Positions 33,690 through 46,882 of a stretch of 46,882 bases of DNA are shown one piece after another. Numbering within the stretch: the first letter of the stretch is position 1; each line of letters opens with the position of its first letter. The stretch is from the NCBI RefSeq assembly GCF_004010195.1, contig NC_057753.1, forward strand, positions 5,915,488 to 5,962,369. Reading direction: 5' to 3'. The notes beneath the pieces were generated by a model. That model saw only the letters and a list, made by a program, of their open reading frames with translations. It did no database searches and had not been told where the DNA came from. The stretch is from Chiloscyllium plagiosum. Taxonomy: Eukaryota. A program made the translations under genes and the position numbers.

Positions 33690-35145
33690 CCAAATCCAAG
33701 TTAGATCACACTTGGATTAAGTGTTCAGTTCTGGGACCACACCTGAGGGAGAAACGATCTGTGTTGGAGGAAGTAAATGGCAGATTCACCAGAGTGATCT
33801 CTTCATTTGAGGAATTGTTATGAGACAAGGCTGCCACAATGAGTTATAGTCATTACAACATAGAAACATGCTAATTGGCCCATGTGACCTCCAGCACTCA
33901 ATATTCCATTAGTTTTGAAATAGTTATGGAGAAGCTTTGTATAAAATTTAAAGTTCATAATTGGAGTAAGGCAAATTTTGATGGTAGAAGGCAGGGACTT
34001 TCAAAACTTGACTGGGGTAGTCTGTTCGTGGGATAACTGGCAAGTGGGAGGCTTTCAGAAGTGAGATGCTAAGTTCAGAGGCATTATGTATCTGTTAAAG
34101 TGGAGGGTAAGGTTGGGAAGAGTAGGGAACAATGGATGAATAAAGATATCGAGGATCTGCTCAAACAGAAAAAAAGAGGCATATGCTAGGTAAAGGCAGC
34201 TGGGATCAAGTGAATCTCTTGAAGCATGTAGGAGCTTTCTTAAGAGGGCAATCAGGAGGGCTAAATCGAGATTATTAGACAGTCATTGCAAATAACATTA
34301 AGGATAATCCAAAGAGGTTCTACAGGGGTACGTAAAGAGCAACTGTGTGCGTTCATGCACTTTGATAGTAAGAATACATCCATGAACTATATTCTAAATT
34401 AAGAGAAAAATCAGAAATCTGAAATGCAAATGGACTTGGGAGTTTTTGTCCACGTTTCTCTTTAGATAAAATGGCAGGTCAAGTTGATGGTTAGGAAGGG
34501 AAATACATCATTGTCATTCATGTTGAGAAGACTGGAATTTAAAAAAAAAGCAATGTATTTCGGAGGCATTATGAGGCTCTCGTCAGACAACATTTAAAGT
34601 TTTGCGAGCAAGCTTTGGTCCCATACCTCAGGCAACATGTATTGGGCATGGAACGAGTCCAGAGGAGGTTCACGACAATCATCTCAGGAATGAAAGGCTG
34701 AGCACATGAGGAATGCTTGAGGGTTCCGTGACTATACTCAATGGAGTTTAGAAGAACGAAAATTGATCTGATTAAACCTTATAGAGTATTGAATGGCGTA
34801 GACAGAATGGACATTGGAAAGATGTTTCCATTGGTAGGAGAGACTAGAGCACGAGGGCACAGCCTTAGAGTAAAGGGAAGACCTTTTTGTACAAAGAGTA
34901 GGATAAACTTCAGTCAGACAGTGGGGAATCTGTGAAATCAGTTACCAAAGAGGGCTGTGGAGGCCAGTTCAGTGAGTATGATAAAGACAGAGATAGATAA
35001 GTTCTTGATTGCCAAGGAGATCAAAGGTTGATGGAAGAAAGTGGGAAAATGGCGTTGGAAACCTTATTAGCCATGATTGAATGGTAGACTGGCATCGATG
35101 GGCCTAATGACCTAATTTCTGCTGCTATGTCTTATGGTCTTATGT
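33690..35145 (+). mobile_element. Old CR1 fragments
   Basis: ORF 34741-34935 'DLIKPYRVLNGVDR..RARGHSLRVKG'; tail tcttatggtcttatg. Confidence 0.75.
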
Positions 35146-35274
35146 TTTTAATAACATTTAAAAAGATAGTCAATGAGCTCCTTGCATAGGGGAGAGTGAG
35201 CCCTTCAAAATGATATTAAGGAAAAGAATTCAGCATCCAGTTTGCTCAGCAAAAAGCTGACAATTATATGAACA

Positions 35275-37865
35275 CACATAGAAGCATAAGAATTGGGAGT
35301 GGAGCAGGACATTTAGATCCTCCAGCCTGTTCTGCCATTTGATAAAACCGTACCAGATTTGATTGCAGCCTCAACTCCACATTCCCACACATCTCAGATA
35401 TACTTTGATTCCCCTACGGTCAAGAATCTGTCTATTCATCTCTGCGCTGAACATATTTTAATCACCCTGACTCCATCGGTTTCTGGGGCTACGTTCCTAA
35501 GACCCATGACCTTGTGAGGGAAAACACTTTTGACACCTCCATCTGAAATGGGTGACTCCATATTTTCAAGTGCACCCCTGTTTTCTAGTCCCTCTTATAA
35601 GAAGAAACAATCTTTTTTAGATTCCAACTGGTCAAGATTTCTCATAATCTTAAATGTTTTAATAAGATTCCCTCAAAATACCAATCAAAATAAGCCCGAT
35701 CAGCAACTACAATATTATCCTGTCCTTTGAATTAATTCAGAGTTTTTTTTTTCTGTGAATGCATCGCATTCCTATAGTGTGGAAGCAGACCATTCAGCCC
35801 ATTGAACCCACACCACCTCTGAAGGGCATCCAAGCCAGACGTACCCTGCTACCTTATCCCTGTAATACTGTATTTCCCATAGCTTTCACGTGCTTGGATT
35901 CTGGGAGGAAACTGGAGCACCCATAGTAAACATGGGGAGAATGTGCAAAACCTCACTGGCTGGAATCGAATGCACGTCCCTGGTGATGTGAGTAGCAGTG
36001 CTAACCACTGAAACATTACATTATTCCCCTTCGCTGCAATGCAACCGCAGATTTATATCTTTTCTGAATAAAGGACACCAAAACGGTATACAGATGTGCT
36101 CTCACCAACCCCTTGGAAACTGGAGCAAAACATCACAACTTGTATACTCGATTTCCTTTGCAATAAGGAACAATTAATTTCTCTTTGTAAGCACTTGCTA
36201 TACTTGCATAAGTTTTTGTGATGCGTGTACTAAGGCACTCAGATCCCTGTGAGCCTCATACTTTTCCAGTTCCTGTTCATTTAAATAAACTACTTTTCCA
36301 TTCTTATTGCCGAAGTGAACAATTTCATGTGTTCCTGCAGTATATCACATTTCGCATAGTATCATAGTAATAGAAGCATGAGTAGGCAATTTGTCCCATT
36401 GATCCAGCATCACATTCATTAAGGTCATGAGTGACCTATGCATTGTCTCAGCTCCTCGAACCTATATTATCAGAATCATTAATTCCTCTACCATACAAAA
36501 CCCATCCAACTGTATCTTCTATGTATTTAATGAAGCTGCCTCTACTGCTTCCTTGTGCAGAGAATTCCACAGATGCTCTACTTTCTGGGAAAAGCAGTTC
36601 CTCCTCATTTCTATCCTAAATCTACTCTCCCTGAGCCTGAGGCCATTTCCCCTAGTCCTAGTCTCACCCACCAACAATAGCAATTTGCCCATCTCTATAT
36701 TATCATTCCTATAATAACTTTATATGTTTTCATCAGATCCCCTCTCCATTTTCTAAACTCTTGTGAGTAGAATCCCAGGCAGGTCAACCTCTCCTCATGG
36801 AAATCAACCTGATGAATCTCCTCTGCAGCACCTCACGTACGCAATACTCGAAGTGCGGCCACACCAGAGATTTGTACAGCTGTAGAAGGACCTCATGATT
36901 CTGAAACTCAATCTGTCTACCAATAAAAACTAATGCACCATATGTTTTCTTAACAACCCTCTCAACTTGGGTGGCACCTTCCAGGGATCTATGTACATGG
37001 ACACTGGGGTCTCTCTGCTCATCGACATTGCCAAGAATCTTACCATTATCCCAGTACACTTTATTCCTGTTGCTCCTTGCAAAGTGAATCACCTCACCCT
37101 TTTCCACATTAAACTCCATTTGCCAGTTCTCATCCCAGCTCTGCAGGTTATCTACATCCCTCTATAACTGCAACATTCTTTGGCACTACCACAACTCCAC
37201 CAACTTTGGTGTCATCTGCAAATTTACTAACTCATTCTTTTACGCACTTATCCAGGTCATTCATAAAAATGACAAACAGCAGTGGACCCAAAACATCCTT
37301 GCAGTACACCACTAGTAATTGAACTCCAGGATGAACATTTCCCATCGACCACCGCCCTCTGTCTTCTTTCAGCTCGTCAATGTCTGTTCCAAACCGCAAA
37401 ATCAACCTCAAACTCGTGCCTCCATATTTTGTGCAATGGCCTACTGAGGGGAACCTTAATAAATGCCTCACTGAAATGCAAACACATCACATTAACTGCT
37501 CTACCCTCATCCACCTGTTTGTTCACCATCTCTAAGAACTTAATAAGGCTTGTGAGGCACGACCTACGTTTCACAAAACCATGTTGACTATCCCCAATCA
37601 ACTTATTCCTTTCTAGATAATTATAAGTCTTATTTCTTATTACCTTTTCCAACACTTTACCCACAACTGAAGTAAGGCTCACTGGTATGTAATTACCAGG
37701 GTTGTCTCGACTCTCCTTGAACAAGGGGACATTTGCTATCCTCCAGTCTTCTGTCACTATCACTGTAGACAGTGACGACATAAAGATAAAAGCCATAGGT
37801 TTCTGCAATGTCCTCCCTGGCTTCCCAGAAAATCCAAGGATAAATCCCACCCAGCCCATGGGTCT
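35275..37865 (-). mobile_element. Stacked CR1 fragments with an HE1-like SINE at about 35772-36010
   Basis: ORFs 37377-37868 'EDWRIANVPLFK..PGNYIPVSLTSVVGKVLE..QHGF..SCLTSL' and 36784-37119 'MEFNVEK..LYKSLVWPHFEYC'. Confidence 0.8.
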
Positions 37866-37909
37866 CATTTATGTTCACACGTTAGTGTTTAGTTCGTTTG
37901 GTTGGGAGT

Positions 37910-38410
37910 CATGAGACGATTTCCATAGAGATTGCAAATGAGTGGTCTCTTAGTGTCTGCACATTGATGGGATATCATTTTCCAGGAACATTTGTAGTAT
38001 TTTGATACACTCTGGGCATTAAGAAGATATTTAATCAGTGTCGTCACGTTGGTGTTCCAAACAACTAGAGGAATTGTTGGATCCCTTCTCACAATCCATT
38101 CAGATGAATGGCCTTTCCCCAATGTGACTGTGAGGATTCACTTCCAACTCAGAATGGTATCTGAATCCCTTCCCACCATCTCCTCATTTCCACTGGCTAG
38201 GACTGTATTTATCTTCCGACAGACCAGCTGACTGGTTAAAGTCTCGACCGCACATGCAACATTTAAAGGTTCTTTCTCTACTGAGACCTGTACTTTTTCC
38301 GTCCATGATCTCAACCTGACGATGTTCAGCGTACAATGCATCACCATCTCCAACAAATTCTAGCATAGTCACTTTTAGTTTTCCAACTGCAAATGGTTCA
38401 CCTCTAAATC
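37910..38410 (-). pseudogene. C2H2 zinc-finger pseudogene paralogous to 23930-24622
   Basis: Acceptor ttctctag|gatttagag; 'MDGKSTGLSRERTFKCCMCGRDFNQSAGLS..*..GKGFRYHSELEVNPHSHIGERPFI*MDCEKG..CPECIK/YYKCSWKMISHQ' is collinear with the intact gene; multiple stops and a frameshift. Confidence 0.85.
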
Positions 38411-38496
38411 CTAGAGAAATTGATTTGAAATAGGAAAATGGTGTCAGGGAAACCCACAAAAAACAAAATGGCAGGTTGTGAAATTGAACTTATAAA

Positions 38497-38735
38497 TCAC
38501 AGAATCCCTTCAGTGTGGAAAGAGGTCATTGAGTCCATTGAATTGACAATGACCTCCAAAGAGCATCCCACCCAGACCCTCATCTTAGACCCATGAGCCC
38601 ACATTTACCAAATTAATTCACCTGCAATCCTGGGCACCACAGGACAATTTAATATTGCCAATCCACCTAAGCTGCAAGTCTTTTGACTGTTTCATGAAAC
38701 CTGAGAAGCATACACAGACATGGGGAGAACATGCT
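38497..38735 (-). mobile_element. Old HE1-like SINE fragment
   Basis: cagtgtggaaagagg...ccacccagacc...cacagacatggggagaac. Confidence 0.6.
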
Positions 38736-41700
38736 CTCTGAATCTGATAAAATGTGGGGTTGCCAATTAGAAAATGCAACCATGAAAGCTGTTAGTGAAA
38801 CAACTGTTTCACTGATGTTCGTCAGGGTAGTGAATCCGTCTCTACACACAGCTCTAACCTCAATGGGAGAAGAGAGAGACCAAGAAGGAAGTGTTAGAGT
38901 ATAAAGGAGAGGGATTTTATTTATCTTTCGCGTGAGCAGAACTTTGACGGAATCACCTGTGATCCTGTTCCCTTTTTAGAGTTCTATCCTTTAATGCATT
39001 GACTTGGTAGTACAAAACTGCACTACTGCTGTAAAAATTCACATCTGGTCAAAGCTGTCTATTTTGCTCTTGTCAGGACAATTTCCAAGAAACAGCAATG
39101 GAAAATGGAAAAACAAAACAACATGAATTCTATGTTAGGAGTGAGTGTAGACTTTCTATGTAAAACTAATGATATCACATTTCTACACATTAACATCATT
39201 ATCTGCTTATATTCTCACTTCATTCACATTGTTGTGTCCTTTTGATGTTTTACACGCTACGCTTCAGTTTAAAATGCTTCCAAGTTTCACATTACCTGCA
39301 GGTTGTGCGATTGTGGCCTACACACCAAGGTCCATCAATAGATATCTGGAAGTGCAAAGGTCCTAAAAAGGAACCTTTGAGGAATGCCCCTGCAAATGTA
39401 CATTCAGCCCATCAAGCCTGCATTAAACATGGCTGTTTTCTGAGACCCAGCTTCTTTTGTTACAGTTGATGATGTTGAACCTTGGTCACAGGTTTGCTGT
39501 GAGGTATTGTATCAAATGCCATCTGGAAGTCTGTGTATACCACACCAACAGTATTGCCCTGATCAAGCCTTCCTAGTTGTGCTAATCTCTATCTCTGATA
39601 TCCTCCAGCCTTTGGTATCTTTTACCTAAAATGTAGTGCAGGCTGTACCACTGAGTTTATTTAATGTAGAATTACATCCGTTTTCAGTTGACAGGGCTAT
39701 CAATGGTTGGGGCAGCAAGCAGGAAAATTGGACTGAGACCATTCGATGAGAGAGGAGGTTCAATGGCCAAATTGGCAACCCTGTTGTGAATTATTACATC
39801 CTCTCTCTGCAACGCTCCAAATTTCTCCATCTTGATCCTTCCCGATTTTAATAGCTACACTATACATGACTGTTCTTTTGTCACTGAAGCAAGAAGTTTT
39901 GGAATTTCCTTCATTTACCTGTTGTCTGCATGACTTTCCTTCTTGAGGAAACCCATTGAAACTGACTTCTCTCACCAAGCTGTTAATGACTTGCTATAGC
40001 CTCTGATTTGTCAATGTCACTTTGTAACACTTCTGTCAAACGATCTGGAATGTTTCATTACTTCAACAGATAACTACTGATTAGTACCATTCAGCTGGAC
40101 AAAGCTGAAGTATACCCAGGACTGGAAACAGATTATGTCAGACAATAGCGGTGGAGTGATGAAGGAAGGCAGAAGTGACACAGGGCCGAGGGTGGACATG
40201 GATTCAGATTAATAGCACAGGAGTCACACCAACCTCGCAGCCTGAGCACCTGTCATACATAACAGGACAGAGAACTGCAAGCTCCAAATTGAAGTCAAAA
40301 ATACTTACCTCTGAAACAACTTAAACTTTTAACGTGAAGAAGGTGCCTTTTCCTTTCTGACGCATCCAAATACGGAAACGTTTGCATGTTTTAACCAAAA
40401 ATGAAGATTTTCCTTTAAATTCTCTCAACAAAATATTTTTTTAAAGACTGGTTCAGGAGTTTGGATAACTATGTTTGTTATCCATGTTAATTAATGTCAT
40501 GGAACCTTTGAAATCTATTCCATAATTAGAAAGAAGGGCAAGTCTAACATTGGACATATTTTTGCACGGAAATCACTGCGAAATATGAAAAAAAAAGTCA
40601 TCAAATTGCGCATTTGGAGAATTGGCTGAATGAAGAATCAATTATTTAATTCTTTCAGGTAACATGCTTAGAGCACAGATGTGAGAGTGTAGTTAATGGT
40701 CTAATGACAGAACTATTAAGAAACGTTTCTTGCATTGGCACAACTTGCAGCATGAAATAACAAATCTGAAAGAACAGTGATTGGTAGGATATAGGAACGT
40801 AAGTGTACATGGCCTTGCAACAATCAACAAAATTTTACTAAGGAATTCCACTTGTCTGCTGTAATCCGCATACACATTGTGTGTCTTGGATTGACTTTGA
40901 AATAAATGTGTTATTTCTTAACAAATAACTTCTGTTTCGCATGCAAATGAAAAAGAAAGGACATTGTTTGGTTCTATTAGTATTTCATGCAACAAAAGCT
41001 CATCGGTCGATTAGAGAAACAACAATCGACTGAAATAAATAATTATGTAGATTAATCGAATATAAAGACAACTGAATACAAAAAGTATAATGCATTGTTT
41101 GTTTGAAATATGAAAGCAAAAACGGCGCAAATGACAAAAAAACCTGGAAAGTTTAGGATCAGATACGGCTATAGATAGTTGCGGACACATTAAAGTACTC
41201 CCATTATTTGCGTTTGAATTTCACTGTAATTATAATCTCACTGAAGTCGCACTGTTCACGCTGACAGCGGATGTTTCAGCCTGAGTACATACACGTTATA
41301 GGGAATAATACTGAATAAAAAATCTTGTCAACAAAAAGCATATTGCAGTAGACAGAATGTAACTGTTCTGAACTTATACTGTGAAAGTGGAATGTAATTA
41401 TTTAGAGCTGGGCTTCACTACACCTAATCCAACTGAGCTGAATAAGACCACATGCACTGCGTATACGGAACTGGTCTTGTCAACATTCAATGTTAATGTG
41501 TAGAACAAGTGTGACAAATTATGTTAACCAAAAACATAACCTTACTGCCCTCAACAATTTTGTTCTGCCAATAAAGATACTGAAATGGATTAGTACATAC
41601 TGGATGTTAACCTATCACCAAAAATCTATATAGAATCTCTTACTTTGTTCTCCATATTATGTATGAATTATTTAATTCAAATAGTTTTCTTAGCTTCAAT

Positions 41701-42069
41701 TTTGCTGGTAGTTATACGATTCACCACAATTAGATTTTATTTTTTCCCCACATTAAACAGCACTGACTGTTTCACATCACAAGTACAATGTCATCCATGG
41801 GCGCACTTCATTAAATTTTCTATGTGCACCTCACACCACAAAAACACATTCTGTATACACTTTAACCGTGGGTCAGTTATTTCGTTGTACTCTCCATATT
41901 AAAGTGATTCCTTCATATTATGTTGCATGGATTAACATACTGTTGCTGCAACACAGCGTTATAATCGCTGTGTCATTGATGTTGTGCCATGTCTTTCACT
42001 GTTGTATAATGGAAGAGAGTATAGTCTCACACTTCTGCGTGATGAGAGAGGATTAATTAGTAATCTGGT

Positions 42070-43330
42070 ATACAAGCTTTTTTGGGGAAGAGTGACCTTA
42101 ACATGGTAGAATTCTTCATTAAGATGGAGAGTGACACAGTCAAATCTGAGATTAGGATCCTGAACATAAAGATAACTAAATTTGGCAGTTGGAAGCATGC
42201 ACTGGCTAGAATAAGGTGGTCAATGATACTTAAGACGTTGGTCGTGGATGTGCAACAGCAGAGCAATTACATGAACTCCAACAACTGACTGGCTTAACGG
42301 TAGAACAGAGAAGATGTTTCAACCATGCCTAAGATAAGGAAGTGAGAGATAGTGTTAATGTCAAAGAGGAGACATATAATTTGGTCAGAAAGAAAAAAAC
42401 CCAGCAAAATGGAGGACTGGCAGAAATTTAAAATTTAGCAGAAGGGGATAAAGATTTTAACTTGGCAGAAGAAAATAGAATACAAAGGTAAGCTTTTAGA
42501 AAATGTTTTTAAAAAAGCTTCTAGAGATATGTAAAGAGAAAAATCCTATTGAAGATAAATGTTGTCCCCTTACAGTCAGAATCAAGTAAATTCATAACCA
42601 AAAATGAAGAGATAGCAGACCAGTTGAACAAATATTTTCAATCTGTCATCTCCAGGGAGGACAGTAACAAGCCTGAGAGTCAAGCATGAAAGCGGAACTG
42701 AAGGAAATCCTTATTAGTCAGGAAATGGCTTTGGGGAAATTGATGCGATTAAAAGCCAATACGTCCCCAGGGTCTGATGCTCTGCATCCGGAGTACTAAA
42801 GGAATTGGACCGAGAAATGTTGGACAAATTTGTTGATCATTTTCCAGCATTATATAGACTCTGGAAGACTTCCAGTGGACTGGAGGGTAGCTATTGTAAT
42901 TCCACTTTGTACCAAAGGAAGGAGAGAGAAAACAGAAATGATCACCTTTTTAGCCTGGCATCAGTGGTGAGGTAAAGGCTGGAATCAATTACTAAGGACG
43001 TGATAACTGAACATTTGGAAAGATATAGCAGGATCAGTTAGCAGTCAGGAAGCGGAGAGTTAGAATAAGTATATCCTTTTCAGAGTGGTAGACAGTGAAA
43101 AGTGAGGTACTGCAGGGAGTGCTGGGACCCCAGCTATTCATAACAGACATTTAAGATTTGGACAAAGGAATTGAATGCAATATCTCCAAACTTACAGAAC
43201 GTGAAGCTGTGGAATTCTCTACAACAGAAAGCTCTTGGGCCCAGTCCATTGATAGATTCAAGAGCTGGATGTGGAGCTTATAGCCAAAGAGATAAAGGCG
43301 TATGGAGAGAAAGTTGGAATGGGATGTTGA
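42070..43330 (+). mobile_element. Old CR1 ORF2 remnant
   Basis: Decayed 'SPGxDxxHP..LKE', 'DWRVA' and 'QGxLGP' segments. Confidence 0.7.
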
Positions 43331-43335
43331 AATTG

Positions 43336-43828
43336 CATGATGGCTTAGTGGTTAGTACTGCTGTTTCACAGCGCTAGGGACCCAGGTTCAATTCCAGCCT
43401 CAAATCACTGTCTCCTCATTCCCTCCCCACGTCTGTGTGGGGTTCCTCCCACAGTTCAAAGATATGCGAGTGAGGTGAACTGTCCATGCTAAATTGCCTG
43501 TAGTGTTCAAGGTTGTGTCGGTTAGGTTAGTTAGGGGAATGAGTCTGGGTGGGTTATCCCTCGGAGAGTCAGTGTGGACTTGGTGGGCCAAATAGCCTGT
43601 TTCCATACGATCAGGATTCTATAGGGGTGGCAAGATGGCTCAGTGGTTAGCACAGCTGCCCGTGTCTGCCTGGGCTCCGTCCGGGTGCTCTGGTTTCCTC
43701 CCACAAGCCAAAGATGTGCAGGCCAGGTGAATTGGCCACGCTAAATTACGCATAGTGTTGGATGTATTAGTCAGGGGTCAGTGTGGACGTGTTTCGCTCA
43801 ATGGCCTGTTTCCACACTTTCGGGAATT
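43336..43828 (+). mobile_element. Two tandem HE1-like SINEs (43336-43622, 43624-43828)
   Basis: Two heads (tggcttagtggttag, tggctcagtggttag), two cores and two cctgtttcca ends. Confidence 0.8.
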
Positions 43829-44399
43829 TCATCAATGTAATCTGGTTTTGGAGATTAAATTAAAATACTATACATCACCAGCATGGAATGAAAATAACTA
43901 GATTTTGGTAAAAACAAAATACCTTTTTTCCCCATTAATTCTGATTTTACAGCTTAATACTCCAATAGTCAGGCCTAGCTTTGTGCCAATAGAGCTGACA
44001 GAAGGTTGGGATCCCTAAGCAATGGAGAGAACGGGGGTAAATCCAGTGTTGGTGAAAAAGAAAAAAAGTCAGTTTGATCACTCTTTGCAATTTCAGGCAG
44101 TATAACCTTGTTGTATTATTAATCTTTGCAATGATCCTGAATATCCAAATTATGAATGTAACCTCTTCTAAAGGTTAAGATTTTAGTGACTTAACATTTA
44201 GTCTGAAGAAAAACTGTCATATATATCATTTTTTGAGCTCCTGCAGCAACCTGTTTCTTTATGACAGGACTCAGCTAAAATAGGGTAAAATCGCCTCTGG
44301 TTGTAATTGCTTGACTATTTAAATGATGAAAGTCGTACAATAAAAAGTGAATTCTATATTATATTGTTTAATATACTATTTCCAGTGTTACTCAGGGAC

Positions 44400-45650
44400 T
44401 CCACTATTATGGACTTATTAGCAATAAGCAACATAGTTTTGTGCAAGGAAAGTCATGTTTCCCAAACTTGATTGAGTTTTTTTGAGGAAGTGACAAAGGT
44501 GAACTATGAGGGCAGTGCAGTGGATATTGACTTTGCGATCTTTAGCAAGGCCTTTGACAAGTTCGCTCATAGCAAGCTAAAATAAATGCAGATATCACAT
44601 CAGATCCACAGTGAGGTCTAGGATGGATACAGCAGGCAGACAGTAGCTGTGGGAGGTTTTTTTTATTTCAATTGTGATGAGTGTCGTTTTACAGTGTTCA
44701 GTACCGAGACCCCAGGTGTTTCTGTGACGTGGAGGAGAAGGTAGGTGACCTATTTAGTAAGTCGGTAGATGGCACAATGATTGGGAAAGCTGCAGATAGT
44801 GTGAGGACAATTTACAAAGGAGACACACTAGATAGGCTTCGCTATAGAAATGACAAATTGAGTTTAATCTAAATAAATGTGAGGTGGTGCAATTTGGAAG
44901 GTCTAATGCTAGAGGGAAGTAAATGGCAGACTCCTTTGTAGCAGCAAAACACAGAGGGACTGAGGAGGACATGTCCACGGTTCCAACTCAACTGAATAAG
45001 GTCAGCTTTCCTTCACCTATCGGAGAATCGAGTATAAGAATAGGGAAGTCATGTTGCAGCTGTAACAAACTTTAATTAGGCCACGTTTGAAATATTGTTT
45101 GCAGTTCTGGTCGCCACACTACCAGGAGGATGTAAGGGCTGTCCAGAGGGTACAGCAATAGTTTTACTGTGATGTTGTCTGCTTTGGAGTGCGTTAAATG
45201 TGAGGAGAGGTTGGGCAAATTTGGTTTGTTTTCACATCAGCTGTGAAGAATGAGGAGTGACCTAATGGAAATGTACAAAATTATGAGACAGGTGGATAGA
45301 ATGGACAGCCAAAGTCTTTTTTCCACCCCACCCCCGGCCAAAGGAGCAAATGTCAATTAATACAGGACATAGCTTGAAGGTAAAAAGGGAGAACATTTAA
45401 TGGAGATATGAGAGGTGAAGTTTTCACACAGAGGGTGATACGTGACGGGAATGCACTGCCAAAAGAGGTGATAGAGACGGATACAATAGTTACGTTAAAG
45501 AGGCATCTTGAGAGATGTATGAATAGGCATGGAGTATAAGGAAAAGGACTGCACAGAGGCGAAAAGGTTTTCTAGTTTAGAGAGTCATCACGTGTCAGTG
45601 CAGTCTCGGTGGGCTGAAAGGCCTGTTCCTAATCTGTGCTATCCTTTAGT
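44400..45650 (+). mobile_element. Old CR1 ORF2 3' half
   Basis: aaggcctttgacaag (KAFDK), aggccacgtttgaaatattgtttgcagttctgg (RPxLxYCxQFW), ttcacacagagggtg (FTQRV). Confidence 0.75.
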
Positions 45651-46179
45651 TCCTTTCGATTCAACTTCTCCATCCATGCAGAGGTTTATGCATAGTTGCA
45701 CCAGACTGTTTTTCAACGTGGACATTTATCTGTATTAGGATATTTGATTTGTTGAACAGCTTGGTTAGAAGTCTTCCCTTACTTTTAATAAACAACGTAA
45801 AATTGTACAGCTTGAGGTATGGTTCAGATCATACTTTGCAACATTGTATTTAAAACAGTTAAAAAAAAGCTAATCCAATTGTAAATCGCGCCACCTTGCT
45901 TGTACTCTCACTCGTAAGTGGATGAAACTTTAGAAAGAAACGGTTTATGAAGAAAACAAGTAACTGGCAACGTGATTTGACAGACATTCCAAGTCACAGT
46001 GAAGTTATAAAAGAACGACAATAGTTGCTTCTAAAGTTAGATTTTTTTTCCCACTTAACACGGGGCTGGTCCAAAGTAATTATTTTTAAAATGTGCATGC
46101 ATGTCACTACACAATTGGGATGCGGCGATGAGAAGAATCTCCTTATGTTGCAGATGGTCTGTCCTTGCACTTCTCGAAT

Positions 46180-46575
46180 TAGAAATTGTTTACTCAGACT
46201 TTAGTAAAGCTTTTAGCAAGGTTTTATATGATGGACTATTCAGCAAAGTTAGATCACTGGGCAATCAAGCTGATCTTGCCAACTGTGTACAACATTGGCT
46301 TAGCGGCAGGTGAGAGAATGTAATGGTGGAGGGTTGTTTTCAGACTGGAGGTCTGTGACCAGCCGTGTTTCAGATCGGTGCCAAGTACACTTGTATTTGC
46401 CGTTTATATAAATGCTTTAGATGATAATATAGAAGGCATGGTTAATAAATTTGCGGATGACACCAAAATTGGCAGACAATGAGGAAGGTAATCTAAAATT
46501 AAAACGAGGTTCTTACTGATTGGGTCGATGGGCTGAGGAGTGCCAAATGGACTTTAATTTGCATACATGACAGGT
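46180..46575 (+). mobile_element. CR1 RT fragment
   Basis: 'DFSKAFSKV..WLSGR' and aaatttgcggatgacaccaaaattgg (KFADDTKIG). Confidence 0.8.
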
Positions 46576-46576
46576 A

Positions 46577-46882
46577 TAGAACATAGAACATAGAAGAATA
46601 CAGCGCAGTACAGGCCCTTCGGCCCTCGATGTTGCGTTGATCCAAGCCCACCTAACCTACACTAGCCCACTATCCTCCATATGCCTATCCAATGCCCGCT
46701 TAAATGCCCATAATGAGGGAGAGTCCACCACTGCTACTGCAGGGCATTCCATGAACTCACGACACGCTGAGTAAAGAACCTACCCCTAACATCTGCCCTA
46801 TACCTACCCCCCCTTAATTTAAAGCTATGCACCCTTGTAATAGCTGACTCCATACGTGGAAAAAAATTCTCACTGTCGACCC
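46577..46882 (-). mobile_element. Young CR1 3' end running off the window
   Basis: tagaacatagaacatagaa tail and cagcgcagtacaggcccttcggccctcg, same family as 22891. Confidence 0.85.

Noticed and set aside
45880..46160. Possible exon boundaries (caa|gtaact at 45960, ttgcag|atg at 46153)
   Set aside because: Splice-like motifs only, without ORF or homology support.

Overview
Eukaryotic, repeat-dense vertebrate DNA, most likely from a shark. HE1-type tRNA-derived SINEs, CR1/HER1 LINEs and Penelope-derived mini-elements suggest a carpet or bamboo shark; this is an inference. There are no prokaryotic features. The only clearly intact protein-coding sequence is a KRAB-less C2H2 zinc-finger ORF (23930-24622, +; 7 intact fingers plus 1 degenerate). 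It belongs to a small cluster in which a promoter plus non-coding leader-exon module recurs (about 1-628, 28140-28600 and 33050-33500 on +), and a decayed paralog lies on the minus strand (about 37910-38410). The most interesting element is hidden in the probable ~23 kb intron of the ZNF gene: a fragmented LTR retroelement on the minus strand (about 14900-20624). It can be rebuilt once nested insertions are removed, giving a candidate LTR, gag with two decayed CCHC knuckles, an aspartic protease remnant, almost no pol, and an env with an RHKR furin site, a fusion-peptide-like stretch and a heptad repeat. That env layout resembles paramyxo/pneumovirus F-type envs (lokiretrovirus-like) more than gamma-type env. 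Also noted: Penelope-derived mini-elements with hammerhead-like cores and 10-16 bp TSDs, a ~150 bp hairpin MITE, nested CR1 elements, Rex1, a Tx1 3' end and a probable solo LTR. Repeat boundaries were read by eye and are approximate; no database searches were run.
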